Assembly (NCBI GenBank): GCA_963666975.2
Contig: CAXVYR010000004.1
Location: 672,001-736,000 of the forward strand
DNA from: Terriglobia bacterium
GTDB taxonomy: Bacteria > Acidobacteriota > Terriglobia > 2-12-FULL-54-10
Length of the DNA: 64,000 nt
Reading direction: 5' to 3'
How positions within the stretch are numbered: the first letter of the stretch is position 1; each line of letters opens with the position of its first letter. The position numbers and the translations under genes were made by a program. The notes under the pieces are model-generated. The model worked only from the letters and a program-made list of their open reading frames with translations. It did no database searches and was not told where the DNA came from. Positions 9,454-20,969 of this stretch are shown here, in pieces.

Positions 9454-10902
9454 GAAGGTGTCCCAAACTCAGTTGCAGGTTGGGACGGCGGGTTGAGTTC
9501 ATATTACGCCACTTCCTCCTTGTGAGAGGAAGCAGCGTTTGGACTTCGGCCGAGAATCGATGCCAAAGCCCAGAGATCGTGATAACCCATGATCTTCCGG
9601 AAATTCTTCTCGGTCAGCAGAAACGCTCCTGCCACCCAGCGCAACGTCATCTCGCCGTCGCGCCAGCGGCAAACATTGCCAGTCTTTTTCCGCACGCCCG
9701 ACTGCGGGCTCTCGATGAGGTTCGTGGTTGCCAGGCAGCGGTGGAGGCTGGGAGGAACGTCGGCTCGATTGATCGTAAAGGTCTCCTCCAACCCTTCGCG
9801 CAAGCTGGCGGCTGCTGCCGGATGATCGCACTCGATCATCCCAGCGAGCTTTTTTATGCGCACGATGCCTTCCTCGGCTTGGGGCAATCGCCAGGCGGCG
9901 CGCATCAGCGACCGCACCTGATTCGCCAGCATTTTGTCGCCCTTTGGTAACCGCTCAGCCACGTTGCGCAGCTTATGAGTACGGCAACGCTGCACCAGCT
10001 GATTGCTGCCGAATACTTCCTCGATCCCCGCGCGGAGCGCTTTGGCGCCGTCGATCACAAACAGATAGCGCTGATCCGTGCGCAAACCTTGCTGGCGCAG
10101 GCGGGTGAGAAGGTCTTTCACCGCAGCGGCGTTTTCGGTCGCGCCCAGTTGAATCCCCAGCACATGCTTGCGGCCCTCGCTGTCCACGCCCACGGCGCTG
10201 ATGACGTGGTGGGAGCCGAACCGCATTCCGTCCAGGTAAATCACCAGAATCTCGACCTCCTCCCAGCGCCGCGCCAACAGTTCTTCCAGCCGCCGCGCTC
10301 CTTGCTCGGCCGCTTCCCGGCTCACCTGAGACTTCGACACCCCAGCGCTGTTGGCCATCTCCGGGATCACCTCGCGGTAGTTCCGCGTCGAAACCCCTTT
10401 CAACAGTGCCTCGAACATCTCCTCGCCCGTCTTCTCGCTTTTCCGCAGCGCTTCGTAGGCCGGCACCGCTTCTTCCCCTCCGCCCTTCCGGCGCAGCCGG
10501 GGCCGCTCCACCCGCAGCTGGCGATCGGCCAGTTTCACCCTCCCCAATTGCCGGCCATGCCAGCGCACCTCTCCGCTCGCCTTCCCGGGACTCTTTGGCC
10601 CCGCGATTTGCTCTGCGCTCATGCTCAGAATCGTTTCAATCAAACCTCGCCCGGCCCGATCAATCACCTCATCCACCGCCAGACGCGCCTCCGTGATCAG
10701 ATCCACCACCGGCAACAGCATCTGTCCGTTGGTTTGGCAAAACTTCTGGATGGTTTCTTCGGCTCCCTTGGAACCCAGTTCCAAAACGTGATATTTTCCC
10801 TTCATTCGGCGGTTCTCCTTCTATAGGATTTAGGCTTGGCCCGATTCTATTCGATTCGGGCCGAACCGCCGTTCAACCTTCAACTATGTATGGGACACCC
10901 TC
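9454..10902 (-). mobile_element. IS256-family element, copy 1
   Basis: Imperfect TIRs GAGGGTGTCCCATACATAGTTGAAGGTTG / GAAGGTGTCCCAAACTCAGTTGCAGGTTG; TSD GAGGTGGA at 9446-9453 and 10903-10910. Confidence 0.95.
9504..10805 (-). CDS. IS256 (Mutator-type) transposase
   Basis: GVSTRNY, IYLDG, FVIDGAKAL, QRCRTHKLRN, TTNLIES motifs. Confidence 0.95.
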   Translation of the reverse strand: MKGKYHVLELGSKGAEETIQKFCQTNGQMLLPVVDLITEARLAVDEVIDRAGRGLIETILSMSAEQIAGPKSPGKASGEVRWHGRQLGRVKLADRQLRVERPRLRRKGGGEEAVPAYEALRKSEKTGEEMFEALLKGVSTRNYREVIPEMANSAGVSKSQVSREAAEQGARRLEELLARRWEEVEILVIYLDGMRFGSHHVISAVGVDSEGRKHVLGIQLGATENAAAVKDLLTRLRQQGLRTDQRYLFVIDGAKALRAGIEEVFGSNQLVQRCRTHKLRNVAERLPKGDKMLANQVRSLMRAAWRLPQAEEGIVRIKKLAGMIECDHPAAAASLREGLEETFTINRADVPPSLHRCLATTNLIESPQSGVRKKTGNVCRWRDGEMTLRWVAGAFLLTEKNFRKIMGYHDLWALASILGRSPNAASSHKEEVA

Positions 10903-12489
10903 GAGGTGGACGAACCAATCCACTCCATCAAAAGTCACCCGCCCCGAGGCAAAGTTGGTCGGACTGGCAGCAAGGTTGGAGACAAACACGTTCTGAGAGC
11001 CGGGCGAAGTCTCACCGGCCTCGGCGGTGAAGATCACTCCGGTCGGGCGCACGATCGGTCCAGGGTTGCTGCCTGCGGGCAGAACGTTCAGGACGATAGA
11101 AACAACCTGGGGGGAGTTGTCGGCCGTGGGCGAGGATACCTGCACCTGACCGTAGTATTCTCCTGCCGCCAGTCCCTCTGGACGGATGCTGGCTTCCAGC
11201 TGTGGAATATTCGAGGAGGCTGCGTCGGTGGAGTCGTTGGTGGGGCTCACCGTCAGCCAGCTTGGACCGCCTGAGAGCGTCGAGGTGCTCACCGACCATT
11301 CCATCACACCCTGTCCGGAGTTCAACACCTCAAAGGTCTGCGGCGGCACCCGACCTCCGTTGGCCACCGCCGTAAAGGTCAAACCGGTCTGGGAGAGCAG
11401 GATGGAGGACTGCTCAATCGCGCTTATGGTGATTGTGACAGGCACATCAATGCTCTGGTTGGTGGTGGAACTGAAAACCGTGATGCGCCCAGTGTATGTG
11501 CCGACATCCAATCCACTGGGGTCAATCGTCACGGGCACAAAGACAGGGTCCGCCAGCGTGGCAGTGCCGCTCTCGGTTTCGACCGTCAGCCAGGGGCCGC
11601 CGGAGGCGGTGGTGGCCGTGACCTGAAAGTCTAACGAGCCGCCCCCCTGATTAAGAACCTTGATCTGCCTTCTCCTTGCCTCGTCGCCCTGCACAAACGA
11701 GAGGGTTCTGCTCCTGGGTCTCACCGCCAGGTTGGGTTCCGCTGCCGTCTCCACGTTGAACGTCACCATGACCATCCGCATCGCTGGATCTGCATTCAGT
11801 GCCGTAATGTTCACAGTTCCTGAATAGGTGCCGGGAGTGAGCTGTGCGGGGTCCGCAGTAATCTCCACTGTGGTCGGCATCGATCCGTTCAAGGGAGTTG
11901 CCTCCAGCCACGCACTGCCGCTGGAAGTACTTAAGCTTACGGAGAACGGAATGCCGGGAACCAAGCTGGAGATGGTAACGTTCTGCGCCGCAGAGGGCAG
12001 CCCGCCTGCCTGAGCGGAGAAGCTCAAAGCTTCCGGCAAAACGAAGAAGGAAGGCGCGGCCGCCAGTATCACCCGGATACGATTGTTCAATGTATCGGCA
12101 AAGTAAAGGTTGCCGACCGTATCGACCGCCACCCCGCGGGGTAGATTTAGGGAAGCGCTGGTGGCCAGCCCGCCATCGCCGGAAAAGCCCAAGTCTCCAT
12201 TGCCGGCCACGGTGGTCATGATCCCGTCGGCGCTGACCTTGCGGATGCGGTTGTTCTGCGTGTCGGCGATGTAGAGGTTGCCGGCCGCATCCACCGTCAC
12301 ACTTTGGGGTAGATTCAGGAGGGCGCTGGTGGCGGGACCTTCATCGCCGGAAAAGCCCGCTTCCCCGGTGCCGGCCACAGTGGTGATAATTCCGCCGGGG
12401 CTGACCTTGCGAATGCGGTGGTTATCCGTGTCGGCGATGTAGAGGTTGTCGGCCGCATCCACCGTTACACCGAGGGGTCGATTCAGGGA

Positions 12490-13805
12490 GGTGCTGGTGG
12501 CGGGGCCTCCATCGCCAGAAAAGCCCCGTTCTCCGTTCCCGGCCACGGTGGAAATAATCCCGCCAGGGCTGACCTTGCGGATGCGGTGGTTGAACCGGTC
12601 GGCGATGTAGAGGTTGTCGGTCGCATCTACTGCGATCCCAAAGGGCTGATTCAGGGAGGCGCTGATGGCAGGGCCTCCATCGCCAGAAAAGCCCCGTTCT
12701 CCGTTCCCGGCCACGGTGGAAATAATCCCGCCAGGGCTGACCTTGCGGATGCGCTGGTTGAGCCAGTCGGCGATGTAGAGGTTGCCGGCCGTATCGAACG
12801 CCACCCCGCGGGGTAGATTTAAGGAAGCGCTGGTGGCCAGACCGCCATCGCCGGAAAAACCTCGAATTTCATTACCAGCTACGGTCGAGATAACCCCACC
12901 AGGGCTGACCTTGCGGATGCGGCTGTTGGACAGGTCGGCGATGTAGAGGTTGCCGGCCGCATCCAAGGCCACACTGGTGGGATTATTCATTAATGCGCTA
13001 GTGGCCGGCCCACCGTCGCCTGCGAATTTGAATATTCCGTTGCCAGCCACCGTGCTAATAATCCCGTCGGCACTGACCTTGCGGACGAGGAAGTTCTCCG
13101 TGTCGGCAATGTAGAGTTTGCCGGTCACATCCACCGCCACATCGCGGGGAAAATTCAATTTGGCGTCGGTAGCCGGCCCGCCATCGCCGGAAAAGCCTGC
13201 TTCCTCGGTCCCTGCCACAGTAGTGATAATTCCGGCGGTATCAACCTTGCGGATGCGGTGGTTATCCTTGTCAGCGATGTAGAGGTTGCCGGCCGCATCC
13301 ACCGTGATGTCAAAAGGTAGATTCAGTGAGGCGCTGGTGGCAGGGCCTTCATCGCCAGAGAAGCTTGCTTCCCCGGTGCCTGCCACGGTGGTGATGATCC
13401 CATCAGGGCTAACCTTGCGGATGCGGTGGTTGAACAGGTCGGCGATGTAGAGGTTGCCGGTCGCATCCACCGCGATCCCAAAGAGCTGATTCAGGGAGGC
13501 GCTGATGGCAGGGCCTTCATCGCCAGAGAAGCTCGCTTCCCCGGTGCCTGCCACGGTGGTGATGATCCCATCGGGGCTAACCTTGCGGATGCGGTGGTTG
13601 AACCGGTCGGCGATGTAGAGGTTGCCGGTCGCATCCACCGCGATCCCAAAGGGTTGATTCAGTGAGGCGCTGGTGGCAGGGCCTTCATCGCCAGAGAAGC
13701 TTGCTTCCCCGGTGCCTGCCACGGTGGTGATGATCCCATCGGGGCTAACCTTGCGGATGCGGTGGTTGAACCGGTCGGCGATGTAGAGGTTGCCGGCTGC
13801 ATCGA
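12490..13805 (-). repeat. Near-identical 168-bp intragenic NHL repeat units
   Basis: Three near-identical 56-aa units at about 13320-13805 and two at about 12490-12780. Confidence 0.85.
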
Positions 13806-14241
13806 CCGTCACACTGTGGGGTTGATTCAGTGAAGCGGCGGTAGCCGGACCGCCATCACCGGAAAACCCACGGATACCGTTGCCCGCCACCACGGTGAGC
13901 ATCTCTGTGGGAGAGACCTTCATCACCATGTGGTTGCCGAAATCAGCGGCGAAAAGATTACCGGCCGCGTCTACTACAACTCCGGAAACCAACCCCAGCG
14001 GGGCATCAGTCGCTGGCCCTCCGTCGCCCTGAAAGGTCCGATCCGTGCCAGCCACCGTCGTGATGATGCTTTGTGGAGTGATGCCCTGCGCCAAGGAAGG
14101 AGGAGTTGCGAGGAAAAAGTGAAGAATGACCACAAGTCCCAGGACACTCAGCCGACGCAGGATGTGGTTGCACAAATCCAAATTCCTTGGACCTACGCCA
14201 CACGGGTTGGCAAGAGCCTGGGCACCTGGGGATATGGGCAC

Positions 14242-14530
14242 GGATTACTCCCGCATAATTGAAAATATTGGTCAAAGATTACACGAGGGGAGAGGGGAAA
14301 GCAATTGGGAACAGAAGACTTCCTCGGCTTACAGCCGGGCTCCGAGTGCAGTCGAGGCGGACAATTCCCAGATTACTCCTCAGTAGTCGCCTTATGTTTA
14401 CCCACAATTCCGCAGGTTAATCTGAAGTTCTGCCCGCGTGACGGCGCACTCGGAAACAATTCGCTTTGGCAAATCACGCGTTAACGGTCGAGCGGCTCTG
14501 GTCCGACAGATCGCAAGTAAACGCCGTAGG
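14242..14530 (-). repeat. Dispersed non-coding repeat including promoter of the 14241 gene
   Basis: TTGCTT-17-TAATCT (14304-14276); 14345-14465 aligns with 56145-56260 and partly with 7950-8055. Confidence 0.85.
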
Positions 14531-15162
14531 CTTTATCCATTCAATCCCGCCGACCACCTGCACAGAATGCAGTGGGTCTCCCCTTACGATTGCCCCTCTT
14601 GAAAGACTTCCCGTGGCGATCCACTGAGAAAATGTAGTAAAGATTGTAGAAAGTCTACAGTAAATTAGGTAGAATGTCTATTTAAGTGGTCTGTAATGAG
14701 AGGCTTGCAAGGTAGATCGCGGTTGCCCAAGGCGATTGCCGCGCCTTTTCGCCAATGCCCTATTTTTAGATGCTTACGGTTCAATGAGTTGGGACCGACC
14801 TATTGAAACTTGTGGAACCGCGGTGAGCCTGAGTGCTGTGGCAGCTACAATATTATCTACATCCATTGGGGTGGAACTGGAGTGCCCCCCTTGCCTTAGG
14901 CAAACTGCCATTGCTACACTTACCGACTTCTGCGGCTGGTTCGACTACCGACATCTTTTGATGGTCATCTATCTTGGCGATGAACCGCTGAGCCCCGGGT
15001 CGGATTTCGGATTGGAGATAACTCTATGCCTAATACAGGTTCAATTGACCACACGATCTAATTTTTGGCGAACGACAGGCCGCAACGCGTCATTTTCGCG
15101 ATCGTGTCGGACTTTCCATATCGAGATTGACTTAAGTCTTCTTTTCCTGTGAGATCACACTC

Positions 15163-15843
15163 GTGAAACCTTTGGAGTTACTCGGTCAAACACTCACGCC
15201 CGACGGTACCGACATGAAGCTGACCCGTCGCGCGAGCGAGTACGTCATTCTCGCCAATGGCAAAAGCCTCATGTCGAGCCGCATGCACGGCTCGGAGGAG
15301 GCGCTGGCCACGCTCGCCTGCCGACGGGTGCGGACGCTGGAGCAGCCCTGCGTGCTCGTCGGCGGCCTCGGAATGGGCTTCACGCTCCGCGCGACGCTCG
15401 ATTTCCTCCCACCGGACGCGATGGTTGTCGTCGCAGAGCTGGTGCCGGCAATAGTGGAGTGGAACCGTGGCCCGCTCGGGCCGTTGGCGGGACACCCGCT
15501 GAAGGATAAGCGCGTACGGGTCGACGTGGGAGACGTCGCAGTCACGCTCAATTCGGGCCCTGGCCAGTTCGATGCCGTGCTACTCGACGTGGACAACGGC
15601 CCGGCCGCGTTTACCGCGTCGGACAACGCCGGGCTCTACGATGACCGGGGATTAGCCGTTACTCGCGCGGCTCTCAAGATGGGCGGGGTGCTGGCCGTCT
15701 GGTCTGCCCGGGATGATCGCAAATTCGAGCAGCGCCTGCGCTATGGCGGGTTCGCCGTCGAGGTGGAGCGCGTGCGCGGTCGCCTGAAGAAGGGCGGCCC
15801 TCGCCACATTATCTTTCTGGGTCACAAACCTCCATCGACTTGA
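15163..15843 (+). CDS. Spermidine synthase-like SAM-dependent methyltransferase
   Basis: LMSSRMHGSEEALA, VLVGGLGMGFTLRA, FDAVLLDVDNGP. Confidence 0.85.
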   Translation: MKPLELLGQTLTPDGTDMKLTRRASEYVILANGKSLMSSRMHGSEEALATLACRRVRTLEQPCVLVGGLGMGFTLRATLDFLPPDAMVVVAELVPAIVEWNRGPLGPLAGHPLKDKRVRVDVGDVAVTLNSGPGQFDAVLLDVDNGPAAFTASDNAGLYDDRGLAVTRAALKMGGVLAVWSARDDRKFEQRLRYGGFAVEVERVRGRLKKGGPRHIIFLGHKPPST

Positions 15844-15916
15844 GAGCACCCCCAAAGAGGCCATCGTGACTAGAGCAAATTCATAGTTGCTGTATAGCTT
15901 TCCAGAACGCTCGTGA

Positions 15917-16120
15917 AGCCCCTGAGGGGCGTAAGAGTTTAGCCCACGGCGCCAGCCGTGGGTGGGAAAGGCTACGCCGGATCAGCCCCGGAAGGGGCAC
16001 CGAAAGGAGCGAAAGACGAGGGCCGGAGCGTCTTGCGCCCCTCTGGGGCTTGGGGTAACACCGGTCCCCATTGTCCCAGGGCTTACGCCCTGGGCTAGAT
16101 TCTGCCGCCCTTGCAGGGCT
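15917..16120. repeat. REP-like nested palindromic element
   Basis: Hairpins gcccctgaggggc, cccacggc..gccgtggg, gccccggaaggggc and cccagggc..gccctggg between convergent genes. Confidence 0.75.
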
Positions 16121-16222
16121 GTGAAGCACTCTACACCAACTCTGAAACAGGCCTAGATTGCGGAAGCACCGAAGCCTGCAAACTCTAATCCTCTACATAG
16201 ACATTCCAAGTGATGCAAGATT

Positions 16223-16777
16223 TTATTGGATCACACCGCAGGCGACGCGGGCACCTGCATCGCCCGAGGGCTGGCTTTGAACATCGTCTTCCCCAGCGTG
16301 GACCACGACCGCCTTGCCGCGAATCGAGTTCGATCCTTCCAGGCTAAGAAATTCAAAATGCAAGTCCGCCATGACTTGACCCTCGGCATTGGCTTCCACG
16401 TTTCCCAGATCACCGATGTGGTGTTCGGCAGCATCCGGCGCGCCATGAGGTTTGTCATCGGGGTTAAAATGCCCCCCCGCGCTGCTTGCGTCAGGGGCAC
16501 TGCAATCACCTGTTGCGTGAATGTGGAACCCATGCCTGCCAGGAGTCAGTTCCGTTAAGTTGATTTCAACGTGGGTTTCTCCACTGACTTCCTCAAAATG
16601 TACCGTGCCTTCTACGGTATTGCCTTCGGTAGGTTGCAGGCTCGCCTCAGCGGTTCTCGCCATCGGTTGGGCCGGCGCTTCCGCTTGCTCGGCTGGCTGC
16701 TCTGTTGGCCCACATCCCATGAAGAAAACGATGGGCAACAATAAAAAGAACACCATCCAGCTTCTGTAGTTCAACAT
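16223..16777 (-). CDS. sodC: Cu/Zn superoxide dismutase, lipoprotein
   Basis: HGFHIH, SAGGHFNP, HIGDLGN, GDAGARVACGVI; lipobox-like FMGC. Confidence 0.95.
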   Translation of the reverse strand: MLNYRSWMVFFLLLPIVFFMGCGPTEQPAEQAEAPAQPMARTAEASLQPTEGNTVEGTVHFEEVSGETHVEINLTELTPGRHGFHIHATGDCSAPDASSAGGHFNPDDKPHGAPDAAEHHIGDLGNVEANAEGQVMADLHFEFLSLEGSNSIRGKAVVVHAGEDDVQSQPSGDAGARVACGVIQ

Positions 16778-17045
16778 CCTATCCTCCTCAACAAAGGTTT
16801 CGGGGCTCTACCCGGAATTTCCGATTTGAGCCCCCGGAGTCAAAATATTACGCCAGCCGCATTATCGAGTCAATGGTTGCTATAGGAGCGGTCCGGAATT
16901 ATTCTTGTAGCGATTCCCTGAGCGGTGTAGCCGCCAACCGGACAGGGCCCCGACTTTCGCCCCGCAAAGGCTAGGCGGCTGAACTATTCTAGCTCAAACT
17001 GCTATCGACCTTTTAGCTCAACAGCCTATGCCAGCATCCTTGCCT

Positions 17046-17930
17046 TCAACTCGGATTTGTTTTGCTTCCTAGGGAAGCCCTAAAAGGGATGCCGGATTCC
17101 TTATTAACCATCCGGTCAATATCCGCTTCCGTGAACCCTTGTTCTCGGAGAGCCAGGAAAAAGAACACCAGCCCGTCCGGATGCAGCGGATTGCCGGCTT
17201 GGCCCAGGTCGCTGGACAAAATGCAATGCTCCGTTCCGATTGCGCGGATTGCAGTGGCATACTCCTGAATATCATGTTCTCGGAGCAATGCGTTATATAC
17301 GAACTCCACATACGCTCCCAGGTTTGCCGCCTCCTGCATTTGCGGTACACTCATATTAAGCGTCATGGCGTGGGTCACGACGATCCGCTCGATCCCCAGA
17401 TTACGGGCTTCCCGAATCAACAGCAGGCTTTCTTCCGGCGCGGAATGGCCTGTGGCAAGCGTCAGCTTGTGCTGAGCAATAATTTCCAGCACCGCTTTCA
17501 CCTCCGGTCTTAACTGGCCACCGCGGGAGACGGAGACAAAGGGGCGGTTTTCCAGGGAACGGCGCACTTGGTTTTCTGCGTTAACGGTCGGCATCCAGAC
17601 AACCCGACCCCATCCTCCTTTGACAATGGTCATTTGTTCGACAGCAGCCGGATTCACGCCTCCGACTGCGCGATTGAGCACAATCCCGCCGAATACCTCA
17701 ATGCCTGGCACTACCTTCCGGACCAGATAGGCCAGCGCAGTCGTGGGTTCGTAATGGTTCTTGAAAACCAGACCACGGATCCCCCGTTCCCGTGCCAGTT
17801 TTGCAAGGTCAATTGGGTCAATGGAGCGGGCCCTGCTGTCGGGATCGGCATGGACATGGATGTCCACAACGCCCGAAACAGTTTGCGCGCTAAGCGCCAA
17901 GGGGAAAAACAAAATTGCCAAATACCGCAT
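17046..17930 (-). CDS. Amidohydrolase-fold protein (DUF6282-like), apparent frameshift near the C-terminus
   Basis: DIHVHADPD, KNHY, LATGH, THA, SSDLGQ. The expected end NPASLLGLP* lies in another frame, stopping at 17069. Confidence 0.8.
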   Translation of the reverse strand: MRYLAILFFPLALSAQTVSGVVDIHVHADPDSRARSIDPIDLAKLARERGIRGLVFKNHYEPTTALAYLVRKVVPGIEVFGGIVLNRAVGGVNPAAVEQMTIVKGGWGRVVWMPTVNAENQVRRSLENRPFVSVSRGGQLRPEVKAVLEIIAQHKLTLATGHSAPEESLLLIREARNLGIERIVVTHAMTLNMSVPQMQEAANLGAYVEFVYNALLREHDIQEYATAIRAIGTEHCILSSDLGQAGNPLHPDGLVFFFLALREQGFTEADIDRMVNKESGIPFRASLGSKTNPS

Positions 17931-18275
17931 GCTTTTGGGCGAATGCAGAGTTGAACTCAAAAATTCCGATCCATAAACCACTCCGCCAACTCCAGTGTGA
18001 ACCGAAATTAGTTTTTGATCCTCCGGCAGTTGCGATTATACAGCATTTGCCTCTAACTGAGCCCTTCCAGCGTAGTATTTGCTGCCAGTGGCTCCGAGCG
18101 GTTCTCTCAGCTCCCAGGACCCATCCCCTCGGCTGTTTTCTGCTAAAATCGCGCGGCCAAAATCGTCGACCGCGCAGTTCCTGGATGCGGGGACTTCCTG
18201 CACTGGGTTACGTGTTTGTAGTGACTGTAGCGAGGTTATGAGGAGGGAGTGGATCACGTCCGTCGCCGGGGAATT

Positions 18276-19016
18276 CTATTCCCGGAAATGGAACTGCATC
18301 GTGATCCCCCTGATCTTGATCACATCCCCTACCCGCAATTCCCTGGCTGTGGTGAGCGGCTCTGAATTGATCTTGGTGGCGCCGACTTTATCTGACGGAG
18401 CAATGGTGTACTGGCCTTCCTTGCGATTGATCACGGCAGCGACCTTGGGAACAAACCAGCCGCGCAGCTTCACCGAAGCCATCGTGTCTTTGCCGATCAC
18501 GCTCAGTTTGCTGGTGAGGATGTATTCGCGCTGGTCGGTTTTCCCGCTGAGCACCGTGAGGCAACCGACCATTACCTGGGATTCCGGCGAGACTCCTTCC
18601 TGTGCGATGGCGGTGGATTGGGCCAGCAACTCCCGCCGACTCTTTGTATCAAGCACAAACGTCTCATCCATTTTCTCCATCGGCGAGCTTATGACGGTTT
18701 CCACCTCAACGGGCTGTGTCGGCACCTCGCCTTCATCCTGAAAGATCAACGTGTGTTTCCCGATCACAATTACGTCGCCATTCTTCAGCGGGCTCCTGCG
18801 GATTCGCTGGTCGTTCAGGAAAGTGCCGTTCATGCTGCTTAAGTCTTCCACCGCGTAACACCCCTGCTCCAATATGACCCTGGCATGGCGCCCGGACACA
18901 GCAAGGTTATCGATGACCACGTCGTTGCCGATAGTGCGTCCGATGCGAATAGCAGTCTTCTGGAGAGGAATTTCTTTCAGAACTGAGGCCTCATACTTTA
19001 GGATCAATTTGGCCAT
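18276..19016 (-). CDS. Tandem FHA-domain protein
   Basis: IGR..NDVVIDNLAVSGRHA..DLSSMNGTFLN plus a degenerate second FHA domain; GGAGG RBS. Confidence 0.9.
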   Translation of the reverse strand: MAKLILKYEASVLKEIPLQKTAIRIGRTIGNDVVIDNLAVSGRHARVILEQGCYAVEDLSSMNGTFLNDQRIRRSPLKNGDVIVIGKHTLIFQDEGEVPTQPVEVETVISSPMEKMDETFVLDTKSRRELLAQSTAIAQEGVSPESQVMVGCLTVLSGKTDQREYILTSKLSVIGKDTMASVKLRGWFVPKVAAVINRKEGQYTIAPSDKVGATKINSEPLTTARELRVGDVIKIRGITMQFHFRE

Positions 19017-19310
19017 GCTTGATTTCCTCCAGACAGGAATCTTACCGCTGACCGGATCGAATTTTGGTGCCAACCGTAGAGAGTCTATATCAAAGCATGG
19101 GACTGTGAAACGGGTTTGGTGGGAGGAATGGCTACAGGCCAACGCCGAGTGTGGTCGAGGAGGCAATTCACAGATTAGCCCGCATAAGCCTGCGAAGAGG
19201 CGATCCTCGACCAGGATCGGAAAGAACGCCTAGCTAACGTGCGCGAAGTGCTCTTGGAAGATTCCCGGATCACTTGCCCTGTGAATCGAAACTTATACCA
19301 CCAGACCTTT

Positions 19311-19562
19311 TCACCTTCCTTTCTGCCGCTCATTCTTCTTGCTACCTGCTTTCGCAGCCTGTTGTTTTAACCGTGCCTGCCGTGCCCTTTGGTAGAGGGC
19401 AGATTGGCTGAGTTGGTCATCCGGCAGCCGTGGTCTGCCGCCTTTCCTTCCATTCTCACGGGCGATTTCCTGCAATCGTTCCAGTCCGAGCCGTTTCAGG
19501 CGTGCCGAATAGCTGCGCTTACCCAGCCAGCTAGTGAATTGTTGGATTTCTTTTTGGTTCAT
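19311..19562 (-). CDS. Small basic putative DNA-binding protein
   Basis: ARENGRKGGRPR motif; very basic. Confidence 0.5.
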   Translation of the reverse strand: MNQKEIQQFTSWLGKRSYSARLKRLGLERLQEIARENGRKGGRPRLPDDQLSQSALYQRARQARLKQQAAKAGSKKNERQKGR

Positions 19563-19929
19563 TCCATTATCCCAATTCGGTTTAGTTTAATTGTTAAGAG
19601 ATAATCCCTGCCCCCAATGGGCAATGAGTACCTGGTTAAAAAGTACTGCCTATTCATTGACCCAAATTTGGCCAGAATTCATAGTGTTTATTGTTAGGTG
19701 AAATCCAACTGTTCTGAGATTGAAACGAAAGGGGCATGTCCCATGAAAACGCTTCTACCCCGCGAGAGTCAAACGAGAAAAGAAAAGAATTCCCATTTGA
19801 TGCTGTTTTGCGCGCTCCTGTTGGCGAGGAAATCCAGAGCCACGTTGGAGGAAGCGATTGGGGTTGCTCCACTCGATGGAAATGCCAAGTGTTTAGCGGA
19901 ATCTCTCTTAACCTAAGGAGGCAGTTGTC

Positions 19930-20286
19930 ATGCTGGCAGGAACCCAACACCAGTTCGACTTTCCCAAGTTTGCCCTTACCCTCCCTGGTCTCCCGTCCCA
20001 CGATATGTTGAGGGTAGTGGAGGAGGAGATAAAAGACCTTTCCAACACTCCTCCGGATGACCCAGTGTGCCAATACAGGGAGGTTTATTACAGGAAAAGG
20101 TTAAATCGATTACTCAGCTTCCTGCAAACATTTGAACTCCCTGCGGATATTGCTCCTCGAGAACAGGAAGCCTACCAAGCCATCACAAGCAGCCTCGAGA
20201 CAGAAGGGTTGCAAGTCCGAAAGCCGTCAATTAGATTTAGCCAGGTTCCCTTGGGCACCTGTTTGGAAATGGTGCCGAGCGCCTGA
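19930..20286 (+). CDS. Hypothetical protein
   Basis: TAAGGAGG RBS upstream of the ATG. Confidence 0.55.
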   Translation: MLAGTQHQFDFPKFALTLPGLPSHDMLRVVEEEIKDLSNTPPDDPVCQYREVYYRKRLNRLLSFLQTFELPADIAPREQEAYQAITSSLETEGLQVRKPSIRFSQVPLGTCLEMVPSA

Positions 20287-20394
20287 CTTCCTGCGGATAC
20301 AACAACCATAGAGCCCTGTTCGGTTCATTCAGAACCTAGCGGGGCTTTACTTTACCCTTAGACTCATTGTCCACTACTTCACCCTCTGGCAGGG

Positions 20395-20609
20395 CAGCAA
20401 GTACTCCTTCCGCCACCGGTAGTATGTCTGGGTGTGGATCCGGCTTCTTTGCATGGGGCACCGTCTTCCCGTTTGCGATCTGCACTTCGATCTGCCGTAG
20501 GACCGTTACGATCTGTTCCGGTTTGCTCTTCTCGATCGACATGATCTGCTTTCCTCCTTCATGAGATTCTCTCTCACTTCAGGTGGTACAAAAAGAGCCG
20601 GTCAGATCA
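20395..20609 (-). mobile_element. IS3-family left end and orfA remnant
   Basis: IR TGATCTGACCGGCTCTTTTTGTACCA; KPEQIVTVLRQIEV..GKTV, then frameshifted TYYRWRKEY. Confidence 0.8.
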
Positions 20610-20969
20610 CCTTCTTCTAACCTCCCACGTCAATATTGATGCGGATTCCAGCTTCAATATTGCTATCCGGAGGTTGACACCGAATGGGTAGCCACTCGGG
20701 ACCCACGGAGGGCGAAACTGCGCTGGAAGGGGCCAGTTTGGAGGCTGATGGCTGTATATTCGCGACCGCCGGAGCGCCAAAAAACTAATTCCGGGAAAAA
20801 CCTGGAAGACGGATAGGACCAGGCAGTGTTCTGCGTCGATTACGATGAAACCAAGGAGGCTCTGCTTGCTTTGATTCCGGACACAGAAGACCGGGTTGTG
20901 ATTGTATTGCTGAAAGACTTCAATTAAACTACCCTTTCGTTTTGTTATTAAGTTGATTCAGGAGGAGAG

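Larger units (their letters stand above)
8207..14241 (-). pseudogene. NHL/BACON/TIGR03437-type surface protein interrupted by IS256
   Basis: Removing the IS (1449 bp) and one 8-bp TSD leaves 4578 bp in frame (...DWFVHLPTNATV...). Paralogue of 1330-5562. Confidence 0.9.

Noticed and set aside
1330-14241. Diversity-generating retroelement acting on the paralogous surface proteins
   Set aside because: No reverse transcriptase and no repeat pair with adenine-specific mismatches was seen.
14630-15152. TGTAGAAAGTCTACA palindrome and ORF 14736-15152
   Set aside because: Single occurrence, no recognisable motif or RBS; cannot be supported.
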